A DNA stretch of 23,519 bases from a bacterium. Lineage in GTDB: Bacteria > RBG-13-61-14 > DATKZS01. The stretch covers positions 1-23,519 of the forward strand of contig JAWOBU010000193.1 of NCBI GenBank assembly GCA_046484135.1. Direction: 5' to 3'. The notes below the pieces were generated by a model. That model ran no database searches. It saw only the letters and a list, made by a program, of their open reading frames with translations, and had not been told where the DNA came from. The stretch's first letter is position 1. Every line of letters begins with the position of its first letter. Below are positions 7,306 to 17,089 of the stretch, piece by piece. The position numbers and the translations under genes are program-made.

Positions 7306-9666
7306 ATGCGTGCTTGCTACCTAAGCTTTTTCCTTATCTGCGGGGCCTTGCTGGTTCTTGCCGGACCGGTTCTTTCCCGGGCGGGTGTGAAGGGCCTTTC
7401 CTACGATTTCCTTGAACCGACCGGCAGCCGGAACCTGGTGGTGCTACTGGTAAAAACCAAAGGCAGCACACCGAAAATCTCGCCGGAAGAGGTATGGTCC
7501 CGCTTTTTCGGCAGGGAGGACGACGATGTTCTTTCGGTGGCCGAGTATTACGACCATGTCTCTTACGGAGCGCTTCACCTGGAAGGCACTGTAACCAACT
7601 GGATCGAACTCTCCCGGGACATGAAATACTATGCAGCCAACCGGCAGGGCGGGCGGACGCGGCTCTTTCCGCGCAACCTGGGCGGCTTTGTAAAAGAGGC
7701 CGTCCGGAAGGCCTACACCTCGGGGGCTCCCATTGACAACTTCGACAACCAGGGCGACGGGCATGTAGACGGGCTGGTGGTCCTGTATGCCGGGCCGCTC
7801 AAAACCGGGGAGGACGCCCGGAAGAGGCTCTGGCCGCGGCTGGACTATGTCTCCGTTTACGGGAGCGAGCCGGTGCCCATGGGAAGCGCCGTAGTGGACC
7901 GGTTTATCGTGGTGCCCGAGTACTTTAAGGACCCGGCCGAGCACGTAACCTGGGTATACGCCCACGAGGTGGGTCATCTTTTCGGGTTGTACGACCTTTA
8001 CGACAAGGACAAGTCTTCCTACGGCATCGGCTGTACCGGACTCATGGGAATGCCGCTGCCCTTTGCCGAAAGCTGGCCGATCATGGGCCTTACCGCTTTC
8101 TCCAAGACCCTGCTGGGATGGACAAAGCCCGTAACCGTTACCGGCAATATGAGCGCCACCCTCGAACCCCTGGACAAAAGCCCCAAGATACTCAAGATAC
8201 CCACGGAAGAAAAAGGAGAGCACTTCCTGCTTTCTTACCGGGAGCCCGCGGGAATGGACCGGCACCTTTACGGCAACGGCCTGCTTTTGTGGCGCGTGAA
8301 CGAACACGCCCTTTACGAGAACAAGTTCGAATGTCAGGGAATCTGCCAAAGCGGGCCGCTCCTTTCCCTGGTCCAGGCGGACGGCAAGAACGACCTGGAA
8401 AGGAGGATGAAGGCCGCGGACGGGGCGGACTTTTTTGTAAGCCCGGAAGTGGAGGTGGGAACAAATACCGGAGCCTCGGAGGATCCTTTTGCGGGGGCCC
8501 ACACCCTGACTTACTCGGGGGTCCCTACCGGCATCCGCATCCGGGACATCAGGATACAAGACCACCAGGCCACGGTCTCCATAAAGACAAATGACAAGGC
8601 AGTGCTGTCCCCCGATTACCCCTACTTTAAAATTGTAGACCGGGAATGGACCGAGATTAAGGGAAACGGCAACGGCTTCCCGGAAAAAGGCGAACTGGCC
8701 CGGCTTACCCTGACCGTCATCAACCTGGGCAAAAAAGCGAGAAGGGTGAAAGTCTTTGCGGAAGCCCCTGACACCTACTGGTACGAGTCCTCGAAGCGAC
8801 TGAAAGATATAAACGCTAATGAAAGGGTGTCCTTCAGTCTCAAGGTGCGGCTGGCCTCATCCAACTCCTTCCGGGAAGCATGGGACCGGATGTTCAAGTT
8901 AAATACCTTTGAAAAGGAAAAGGACAAAGCCGGTAAGTCGTTCGCCTGGCTGGAACCTCTGATCAAGATATCCTCGGCCGAGCCGGAGATCGAGGTCGAG
9001 TTGAGACCCCGGCTCGGTATGGGGGTCCCCGATATCTTCATGGTCAACGATTCCAGCTATGATCTCTTTCCCTATAGCTTGCGGTCTCTGAAAAAAACCA
9101 AAAGGAGCTTTCTAAGCTGGGACGTGCGGGAACGCGAACTGCCCGGCAAGGGACGGATCGCGGCTCCCGAGCTTGTCATATGGCTTGCCGGGACCAGGAC
9201 CCTTAACCAGGGAACATACCCCGGCCCGACACGGACGGACCTGTTCCGGGCGGTGGATGAAGCCGGCCATTCGCTTCTTTTAAGCGCTTCGCGGGTGGGG
9301 GACGAGCCTCCTGTCGCGCTCCTGGACCTTTTCCGGCTTAAGGAGCTAAAACCGGCCGCGGGCTTCCGATATCTGCGGGGATACGGTGACAATCCCTTCT
9401 CCAAAGGGTTGACTCTGCGGGGCGACTTTCCTTACTACCCCTCGCTTACTCCTCATCTTAAGCTGGAGCCGGAAACAAGCGAGCAGCGCTTTTTGAAGGA
9501 TTCCCGCGGCAACTTGACCGCTGCCATGAACCGGCAAGCTTCCGGAACCGGAAGGCCCCCCTCCGTCTTTCTCGGCCTGCCCTGGGAGTCGCTCCCACCG
9601 CCCCACGGCGCTCGCCTGTGCAAGCGGCTTCTCAATCGTAAACAAAAGCAGGACACGACCAAGTAA
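7306..9666 (+). CDS. Secreted M6-family (immune inhibitor A-like) metalloprotease with C-terminal accessory domains
   Basis: Signal peptide from ATG 7306; SVAEYYDHVSYG, FDNQGDGHVDGLVVLYAG, AHEVGHLFGLYDLYD (HExxHxxGxxD), GLMG Met-turn, LGW, LVQADG. Confidence 0.85.
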   Translation: MRACYLSFFLICGALLVLAGPVLSRAGVKGLSYDFLEPTGSRNLVVLLVKTKGSTPKISPEEVWSRFFGREDDDVLSVAEYYDHVSYGALHLEGTVTNWIELSRDMKYYAANRQGGRTRLFPRNLGGFVKEAVRKAYTSGAPIDNFDNQGDGHVDGLVVLYAGPLKTGEDARKRLWPRLDYVSVYGSEPVPMGSAVVDRFIVVPEYFKDPAEHVTWVYAHEVGHLFGLYDLYDKDKSSYGIGCTGLMGMPLPFAESWPIMGLTAFSKTLLGWTKPVTVTGNMSATLEPLDKSPKILKIPTEEKGEHFLLSYREPAGMDRHLYGNGLLLWRVNEHALYENKFECQGICQSGPLLSLVQADGKNDLERRMKAADGADFFVSPEVEVGTNTGASEDPFAGAHTLTYSGVPTGIRIRDIRIQDHQATVSIKTNDKAVLSPDYPYFKIVDREWTEIKGNGNGFPEKGELARLTLTVINLGKKARRVKVFAEAPDTYWYESSKRLKDINANERVSFSLKVRLASSNSFREAWDRMFKLNTFEKEKDKAGKSFAWLEPLIKISSAEPEIEVELRPRLGMGVPDIFMVNDSSYDLFPYSLRSLKKTKRSFLSWDVRERELPGKGRIAAPELVIWLAGTRTLNQGTYPGPTRTDLFRAVDEAGHSLLLSASRVGDEPPVALLDLFRLKELKPAAGFRYLRGYGDNPFSKGLTLRGDFPYYPSLTPHLKLEPETSEQRFLKDSRGNLTAAMNRQASGTGRPPSVFLGLPWESLPPPHGARLCKRLLNRKQKQDTTK

Positions 9667-9743
9667 ATACAGAATATGTCCGCCAGGCCTCTATTTTGTA
9701 AAACATATCCCGGTTTTTCTTCCACCTTAAATTTTTTGAGAAA

Positions 9744-9760
9744 TTGGCATGCAAATTGAT
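9744..9760 (+). promoter_or_regulatory. Candidate sigma54 (-24/-12) promoter for the kinase/regulator pair, variant -12
   Basis: TTGGCATGCAAATTGAT: GG at 9746-9747, 10 nt, then GA instead of GC at 9758-9759; about 30 nt before the ATG at 9793. Confidence 0.55.
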
Positions 9761-9792
9761 AAAAACTTAAAAAAAGCTAAAAGGCATTCAAA

Positions 9793-12352
9793 ATGAACGA
9801 CCCGGAAGCCTTGTCTAAAAAACATGCCGGCTCCCAGGCCGAACAGGATGTGGAGCTTTCCTGGCGTCTTCGGGTGGATGCCGCCCTGGCCGAGCTTGCC
9901 GAGGCCCTGATATCCCCCCTGTCCATTGACGACATCGCCGACCTGGTGCTCCGGCACGCCCGGGAGCTGACGGAAAGCAGGTACGGTTACGTAGGCTACA
10001 TCCAGCCGGGGACGGGCTACCTGATAAGTCCCACTATGAGCCGTGACGTGTGGGAAGAGTGTAACGTACCTGACAAGGACATCGTCTTTAAAGAGTACAA
10101 GGGCATGTGGGGCTGGGTCCTTCATAATCGGGAGTCTATTCTAGCCAACCGTCCGGACGAAGACCCTCGAAGCACGGGGGTTCCCGAAGGTCATATCCCG
10201 ATCAAAAAATTTATCAGCGTTCCCGCTCTTTATAAAGATGAGCTGGTAGGCCAGATTTCCCTTGCCAACTCCAGCCGGGATTACACAGCGAAAGACCTCG
10301 ATCTCCTGCAAAGGCTGGCCGCCGTTTACGCGGTGGCCATAAACCGGAAGTGGTCGGAAGAAACGCTCAAGAAGAGCGAGGCCGAGCTCTCCGCCATCCT
10401 CGAGAACGCCCCTATCCTGATGATGCTCCTGGACCAGGACACGCGCATCCGCAAAATCAACGCCTATGCCGGCCGGCTGACCGGGCGTACCCCTGAAGAG
10501 ATGAAAGGAATGCGGGGCGGGGAGGCCCTCCGGTGTCTTAACTCGCTGGAAGATCCGCGCGGGTGCGGTTTCGGCCGGTTTTGCCGGCAGTGCCGGGTGC
10601 GGCGCACGGTAGAGGAGACGTTCGGAAAAAAACAGAGGTTCCACCGGATCGAGGCCAAGCTTCCGGTAGTTTCTTTGGAGGGAGACTGGGAAGAGCGGGA
10701 CCTTCTGGTGTCCACCACTCCCCTGGAAGTGGAGGGGGAAGAGCAGGTACTGGTGAGCCTGGAGGACGTAACCGAACTCAAGCAAGCCCAAAAGGCGCTC
10801 CGGAAAGCCCACGACGAGCTTGAACAAAAGGTGCAAGAAAGGACCAAGGAGCTTACCCGGCTTAACCGGGAGCTGGTTCGGGAGATAGAAGAACGGATGC
10901 GGGCCCAGGCCGATCTCCGGGAAAGCGAACGGCTCTACCGGAACATGTTCCAGAAAAACGATGCGGCCAAGCTCCTCATCAACCCGGAAGACGGCTCCAT
11001 CGTAGACGCCAACGAGGCGGCGATAAACTTCTATGGGTACCCACGCGAGACCCTGCTTTCCATGAAAATAAGCCGGATCAACACTGCGGAAGCTGACACG
11101 GTCCGGGAGAAGATGAAGCGGGCCATCAGCGGAGAACAGGATTTTTTTATTTTCAACCACCGGCTGGCTACCGGGGAGGTCCGGGTGGTCGAGGTCCATT
11201 CCACTCCCCTGGAAATCAAGGGCAAGCCCATCTTGTACTCCATCATCTTTGATATAACCGAGAGGATGGAGACGGAACAGGCCCTGAACCAGGCTTACTT
11301 CGAGCTGGACCAGATATTCCAGACCGCGGAAAGCGGCAAGCGGGTGGTGGACACGGACTACAACGTGGTAAGGGCCAACGACACTCTCTCCCGCATTACC
11401 GGCGTGCCCAAGGAAAAGATGCTGGGCTCGAAGTGTTACGAGTCCTTTCCCGGAGAGAACTGCTTTACGGAAAAGTGTACATTGAAAAGAGTGCTCGCAG
11501 GCGAGAAAATAAGCCACCTGGAGATATCGAAGAAAGGCACCGCCGGAGAATGCATGCCCTGCCTGCTGACGGCCCTGCCCTTTTACGACAGCTCGGGTAA
11601 CATGGTAGGGATAGTAGAGGACTTCCGGGACATGACGGAGCAGAAAAGGCTCGAGTCCATAGCCGAGGCTGTTAATACCATGAACAACATCGGATACGTG
11701 TTCTCCGGCATAAGGCACGAGCTGGGCAACCCGGTAAACTCCATCAAGACCACACTGTCGGTACTGAAACAGAGGCTCTACAAGTTCAGCCGCGAGAACA
11801 TCATGGAGTACGTAGAGCGGTCCCTCCAGGACCTTGGCCGGGTCGAGTACCTGCTCCGGTCCCTGAAGAACTTCAGCATGTACGAGACGCTCCGGAGCGA
11901 GAACCTCTTGGTGTCTTTCTTCCTGGAGAACTTCCAGGCTATAATCGAGGAGGACGTCCGAAAAAGGAAGGTAAAGCTACATATCAAGCCGGGGGAAAAT
12001 CCTCTCTGGATTTACGCTGACGCCCGGGCCCTTCAGCAGGTAATGCTCAACCTGGTAACGAACGCCCTGGACGCCTTGGAGAACCGGCCGGACCCGTGGA
12101 TACTCATAAGCGCAACCGCCGGCGAGAAGCTGGTTGACATAACCGTGGAAGACAACGGCAAAGGCATGGACGCGGACCAGCTCCGGGACGTGTTCAAACC
12201 CTTTTACACCAACAAGGCCCACGGCACCGGCATGGGAATGGTGATAGCCAGGAAAATGATGGCCAGTATGGAAGGTTCCCTCGAGATGGAAAGCAAGCCG
12301 GAAGAAGGCACTAAAGTAATGTTGCGCCTTCCCAGGAGCGGAGAACACACGG

Positions 12353-12360
<8 letters not shown>
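9793..12360 (+). CDS. Cytoplasmic GAF-PAS-PAS-PAS sensor histidine kinase
   Basis: GAF (GHIPIKKFISVP...VGQISLAN), three PAS-like segments ending EDVTE/FDITE/RDMTE, coiled coil, H-box IRHELGNP, N-box QVMLNLVTNA, DNGKG, FKPFYT, GTGMG. No obvious transmembrane helix. Confidence 0.93.
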
Positions 12361-13735
<1,375 letters not shown>

Positions 13736-13743
13736 TCCGCTCT

Positions 13744-13783
13744 ACCCGCGCGAACCTACAAACCACCCGTGCAAAACGAACGG
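13744..13783 (+). promoter_or_regulatory. Candidate upstream activator sequence (tandem imperfect repeat)
   Basis: ACCCGCGCGAACC (13744) and ACCCGTGCAAAAC (13765) are 21 bp apart. The second lies in a CCGT-N9-ACGG dyad. About 80-115 bp upstream of the -24 element. Confidence 0.4.
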
Positions 13784-13815
13784 AAAAGACTTGTAACGAC
13801 AAAATATATGCCGGC

Positions 13816-13828
13816 CAACTTATTGATT
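13816..13828 (-). promoter_or_regulatory. IHF binding site
   Basis: Minus strand reads AATCAATAAGTTG, an exact match to WATCAANNNNTTR, located between the candidate UAS and the sigma54 promoter. Confidence 0.7.
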
Positions 13829-13857
13829 TAACTGGCTTAACAGTCTTGCCCGACCGG

Positions 13858-13874
13858 TTGGCACGGTATCTGCT
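13858..13874 (+). promoter_or_regulatory. Sigma54 (-24/-12) promoter
   Basis: TTGGCACGGTATCTGCT: GG at 13860-13861, 10 nt, GC at 13872-13873; directly downstream of an enhancer-binding protein gene. Confidence 0.85.
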
Positions 13875-13890
13875 CTAAACTCCGGGCAAG

Positions 13891-15174
13891 ATGAAGACGA
13901 AGAATATCCTGATTACAGACGATGAAGAGAGTTTCCTGGAGAGCCTTAGAGATGGGCTCGAGGACCACGAGTTTAACGTGCTTACCGCGACCAACGGCAA
14001 ACAAGCGGTGAATATGCTGCAGTCGCGGCCGGTAGACCTGGTAGTTACCGACTTGAAGATGCCGGAGATGAGCGGTTACGAGCTGGTGGCTTACATGGGC
14101 AGAAACTTTCCGCGCACTCCCGTCATTGTCATGACCGCTTACGGTTCCCCGGAGATGGAAGAGAACTTCCGCATGCTGGGGGTCTCTTACTACCTGGAAA
14201 AGCCGCTGGACATAGAGGAGATGGCCGCGAAGATAGAGGAAGCCCTGGAAGAGAAAGAATCCGGCAGCAAGATGCTGTCCTCGTCTGCCCACGAAATTAT
14301 CCGGACCATATATGAAGCGCTTAAAAGCAACATAGGCGGCGAGGTGGTCGTAAGACACGAAAACAACAGCGGCAAGATATTCATCACCAAGGGCAAGATA
14401 GCATGGGTTACCGCTTCCTCTCTGAAGCATACCTTCTTTACCTACCTGATTGACACCTCTCACCTGGGCGCGGAGGAGCTCAAGGAGGTCTTTGAAGAGT
14501 GCAAGCGCTCCGGAAAGAACTTCGGCGAGACCATCGTGGAATGGAACCTTATGGACCGGGAGAGTCTCCGCCAGTCCCTGCTCGAGTACATCACCGCCTC
14601 CATGCTGGAGATTCTGTCGTGGCCCAAGTCCGAGCTCATGTTCGTTCCCCAGGAAAGGTCTTATAAAGGGACCCTGCTTTTTGACCTTGACGAGGTCATA
14701 AACACCGACCTCGGCAAGAAGAAAACCGTAGAGCTGCACATATCCGACCTGGAAGACATAGAAACCAGTTCGAAGGAAATCTCGAAGAGCACATACGACA
14801 AGCTCGCCGGTTTAAAGGAGCTGGACGGGTTTATGGCCGCGGGCGCTTTCTCTCATACCGGCGCCTGCCTGGCCGAATTAACGAACGGCGGAGAAGGGAT
14901 AGCCGAGGTAGGCAGGTACGCCAATGAAGTCCTGCTGGAGGCACAGAAGGCCACCGACATCATGGGGGTCGGGAGAGGAAACATGGTCCACATCTCCGCG
15001 CCCCAGGCGGACATCATGGCCCGCTGTTATAACGAAAACACTGACTTTACAGTAAGCGAACCCGGCAAGGCCCACGTCCATGTCGTACTGATGATCAGTG
15101 AAGAATCAAACCTGGCCTGGGCCAAGATGAAGCTGGAACAAACTATTATGGAGATAGCGCCGGACTTCAGGTAA
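13891..15174 (+). CDS. Response regulator: REC + DUF4388/PATAN-like + C-terminal roadblock-like domain
   Basis: Intact receiver (TDDE, VTDLKMPEMSG, MTAYG, EKP). Central GEVVVRHENNSGKIFITKGKIAW...WPKSELMF resembles DUF4388. The last 120 aa are paralogous to the next gene. Confidence 0.8.
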   Translation: MKTKNILITDDEESFLESLRDGLEDHEFNVLTATNGKQAVNMLQSRPVDLVVTDLKMPEMSGYELVAYMGRNFPRTPVIVMTAYGSPEMEENFRMLGVSYYLEKPLDIEEMAAKIEEALEEKESGSKMLSSSAHEIIRTIYEALKSNIGGEVVVRHENNSGKIFITKGKIAWVTASSLKHTFFTYLIDTSHLGAEELKEVFEECKRSGKNFGETIVEWNLMDRESLRQSLLEYITASMLEILSWPKSELMFVPQERSYKGTLLFDLDEVINTDLGKKKTVELHISDLEDIETSSKEISKSTYDKLAGLKELDGFMAAGAFSHTGACLAELTNGGEGIAEVGRYANEVLLEAQKATDIMGVGRGNMVHISAPQADIMARCYNENTDFTVSEPGKAHVHVVLMISEESNLAWAKMKLEQTIMEIAPDFR

Positions 15175-15240
15175 AGCCGGCTAAAAGCGGGATGAAAGAT
15201 GCCCGGCGAATAAAACACTCTATGAGGAAAGGAGAAGAAA

Positions 15241-15633
15241 ATGGCTACAATGCAGGACTCTATGGGGAAACTGAAGGAGCTGGACGGTTTCATGGCGGTG
15301 GGGGCTTTTTCGCCCTCCGGAGAGCTTCTGGCCGAGGTCTCCAACTCCGAGGTCAAGCTGGCCGAACTGGGAGCGCTTGCTAACGACGTGCTTCTCAAGT
15401 CCCAGAAGTCAACCGACATCATGGGAGTGGGAAGAGGAAACATGATCCACGTAACAGCCCCCAAAGCCAACATCCTGGTAAGGTGCTTGAACGAGAACAC
15501 CGACTTCGCGGCAAACGAGGCGGGAAGGGCCCACGTGCACGTGGTCCTTGTTATGACCGCCGACGGAAACGTGGCCCTCGGCAAAATGCAGCTTGAAAAG
15601 GTGATCCTCGAGATCGCCGAGCAGGTAAGGTAA
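15241..15633 (+). CDS. Stand-alone roadblock/LC7 (MglB)-like small protein
   Basis: 130 aa with a strong AAGGAG RBS. LKELDGFMAVGAFSPSGELLA start and N.ALGKMQLE end fit a roadblock/profilin-like topology. CDS supported by paralogy to the preceding gene; the fold call is tentative. Confidence 0.7.
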   Translation: MATMQDSMGKLKELDGFMAVGAFSPSGELLAEVSNSEVKLAELGALANDVLLKSQKSTDIMGVGRGNMIHVTAPKANILVRCLNENTDFAANEAGRAHVHVVLVMTADGNVALGKMQLEKVILEIAEQVR

Positions 15634-15660
15634 GGACATCCATACCGCACCACAGGGACT

Positions 15661-15709
15661 CCGCTGTAATCGGGCCGGTGGACCCCGCTCCGCCGGCCCC
15701 TTACAGCGG
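15661..15709 (+). other. Strong intergenic stem-loop
   Basis: CCGCTGTAA (15661-15669) pairs with TTACAGCGG (15701-15709); GGGCCGGTGGA (15672-15682) pairs with TCCGCCGGCCC (15689-15699) with one G-U; 6-nt loop; no U-tract on +. Confidence 0.75.
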
Positions 15710-15724
15710 GAATAAGAGCACCCT

Positions 15725-16372
15725 ATGAAAACAAAGTGGTTTAACATAGACCTTCATGTCCACACCAGGAGATACTCTCCCTGCGCGGAGACCCTCGAAC
15801 CATACGAGCTCTCCAAGGCAATGCTCGCGAAAAACGTCGGGGGAGTGGTCATAACCGAGCATGACCTTTTGTGGGAAGAAAAAGAGATAAACGAGCTGAA
15901 CCGAAGCCTTGGACCGGACATGAGGGTTTACCGGGGAGTCGAGATTACCGCGGAAGAGGCCCATCTTGTGGTCATAGGCGTAACCGATATAAAGGACGTC
16001 CGGCCTCGTCTGCCCGCCCGGGAGGTAGTCCGGGCGGTCCGACAACAAGGAGCGGCAGTAATACTTGCTCATCCCTTTTTGGCGGAGCATAAGATATTTT
16101 CCTTAAACGGCGGCAACTCCTGGATGCAGGAGCTTCATGCACTCGAGGTTGCAAGCTCTCTTACCGTGGGCGATGCGGAAAGGAAGACAAGGCTTCTGGC
16201 ATATCAGAAGGGTCTCATGCGGGTTGCCGGTAGCGACGCTCATTCCCTGGAAAAGGTGGGAGCCACTTATACCTCGTTCCCGCGGCCGCCTGCCCATGAG
16301 CAAGAGCTGGCCCGAATGATAATGGCCGGTGTCGGAGTGCCGGTGAGGAACTTTGTCAAACATGCTGGTTGA
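15725..16372 (+). CDS. Cytoplasmic PHP-domain phosphoesterase
   Basis: IDLHVHT, ITEHD, GVEI...HLVV, LAHP and AGSDAH metal-binding motifs. Confidence 0.88.
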   Translation: MKTKWFNIDLHVHTRRYSPCAETLEPYELSKAMLAKNVGGVVITEHDLLWEEKEINELNRSLGPDMRVYRGVEITAEEAHLVVIGVTDIKDVRPRLPAREVVRAVRQQGAAVILAHPFLAEHKIFSLNGGNSWMQELHALEVASSLTVGDAERKTRLLAYQKGLMRVAGSDAHSLEKVGATYTSFPRPPAHEQELARMIMAGVGVPVRNFVKHAG

Positions 16373-16919
16373 GATGAATCTGAACAAAGCATTGGAGGCC
16401 CTCGAAGGCCCCGAGATCATCTTCGAGAAAACCGTGGTGCCCAGGGAAGAGCCCGCTCCCGGCCATTGTCCCTATCTGCCCGAGTACGACTGGATGTTCC
16501 TGTTTGAGAGGAACCTGGCCCGTAAGCTGGACAAGTGGCTCGAAGAACATCGCAGGGAACTGGTGGGTGCTTCCGGGCTCCTGAGCGAAGCGCTGTCCAA
16601 TGCCTACTGCCACGGAAACCGGCGCGATCCTGCCAAACCCATCCATATAAGCGTGCTCAAAAGCCATAAAGGGCTTTTGGTCCGGATCAAGGATGCCGGA
16701 GCAGGCTTTAATTTCCCGGAGACCTTCCATAAGCTCCAAAAAGGGGGGAACTATTACAAGCTCGCCGGCAACGGGATAAAACGGATGATCAGCTCGGAAG
16801 TTTTCGCAGTGTTTTACACGGAGGGGGGCAGGTCATTTAACCTGCTCTATCTGTTCGAGGGGCTCCGGTCGTTGTTGCCGCGCTCTCTGTCCAAACCGGA
16901 CGAGAGCCCGGCGGGGTGA
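16362..16919 (+). CDS. RsbW/SpoIIAB-like GHKL ATPase (HATPase_c_2; putative anti-sigma factor Ser/Thr kinase)
   Basis: SEALSNAYCHGN (N-box), IKDAGAGF (G1), AGNGI (G2); no H-box. Start uncertain (ATG 16362 or 16374). Confidence 0.75.
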   Translation: MLVEMNLNKALEALEGPEIIFEKTVVPREEPAPGHCPYLPEYDWMFLFERNLARKLDKWLEEHRRELVGASGLLSEALSNAYCHGNRRDPAKPIHISVLKSHKGLLVRIKDAGAGFNFPETFHKLQKGGNYYKLAGNGIKRMISSEVFAVFYTEGGRSFNLLYLFEGLRSLLPRSLSKPDESPAG

Positions 16920-17083
16920 TTAAAGTTATGACAGCTCTCCGTGCCGGGACAGTTTTCCGAGTAACGGCAGCCGGAGGACTCCGGGCAGTGGCATTTTCCC
17001 TTGCGGAGGGATTTTATCAGCCAGTAGACCACAAAGGCTGCGGCGGCTATCACTATAACAAGGACAATAAGCTTCTGCACCAT
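16847..17083 (-). CDS. FeoB-associated Cys-rich small membrane protein
   Basis: N-terminal hydrophobic helix, then KGKCHCPESSGCRYSENC...SC; starts 6 nt after the feoB stop. Confidence 0.75.
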   Translation of the reverse strand: MVQKLIVLVIVIAAAAFVVYWLIKSLRKGKCHCPESSGCRYSENCPGTESCHNFNHPAGLSSGLDRERGNNDRSPSNR

Positions 17084-17089
17084 ACTTTT

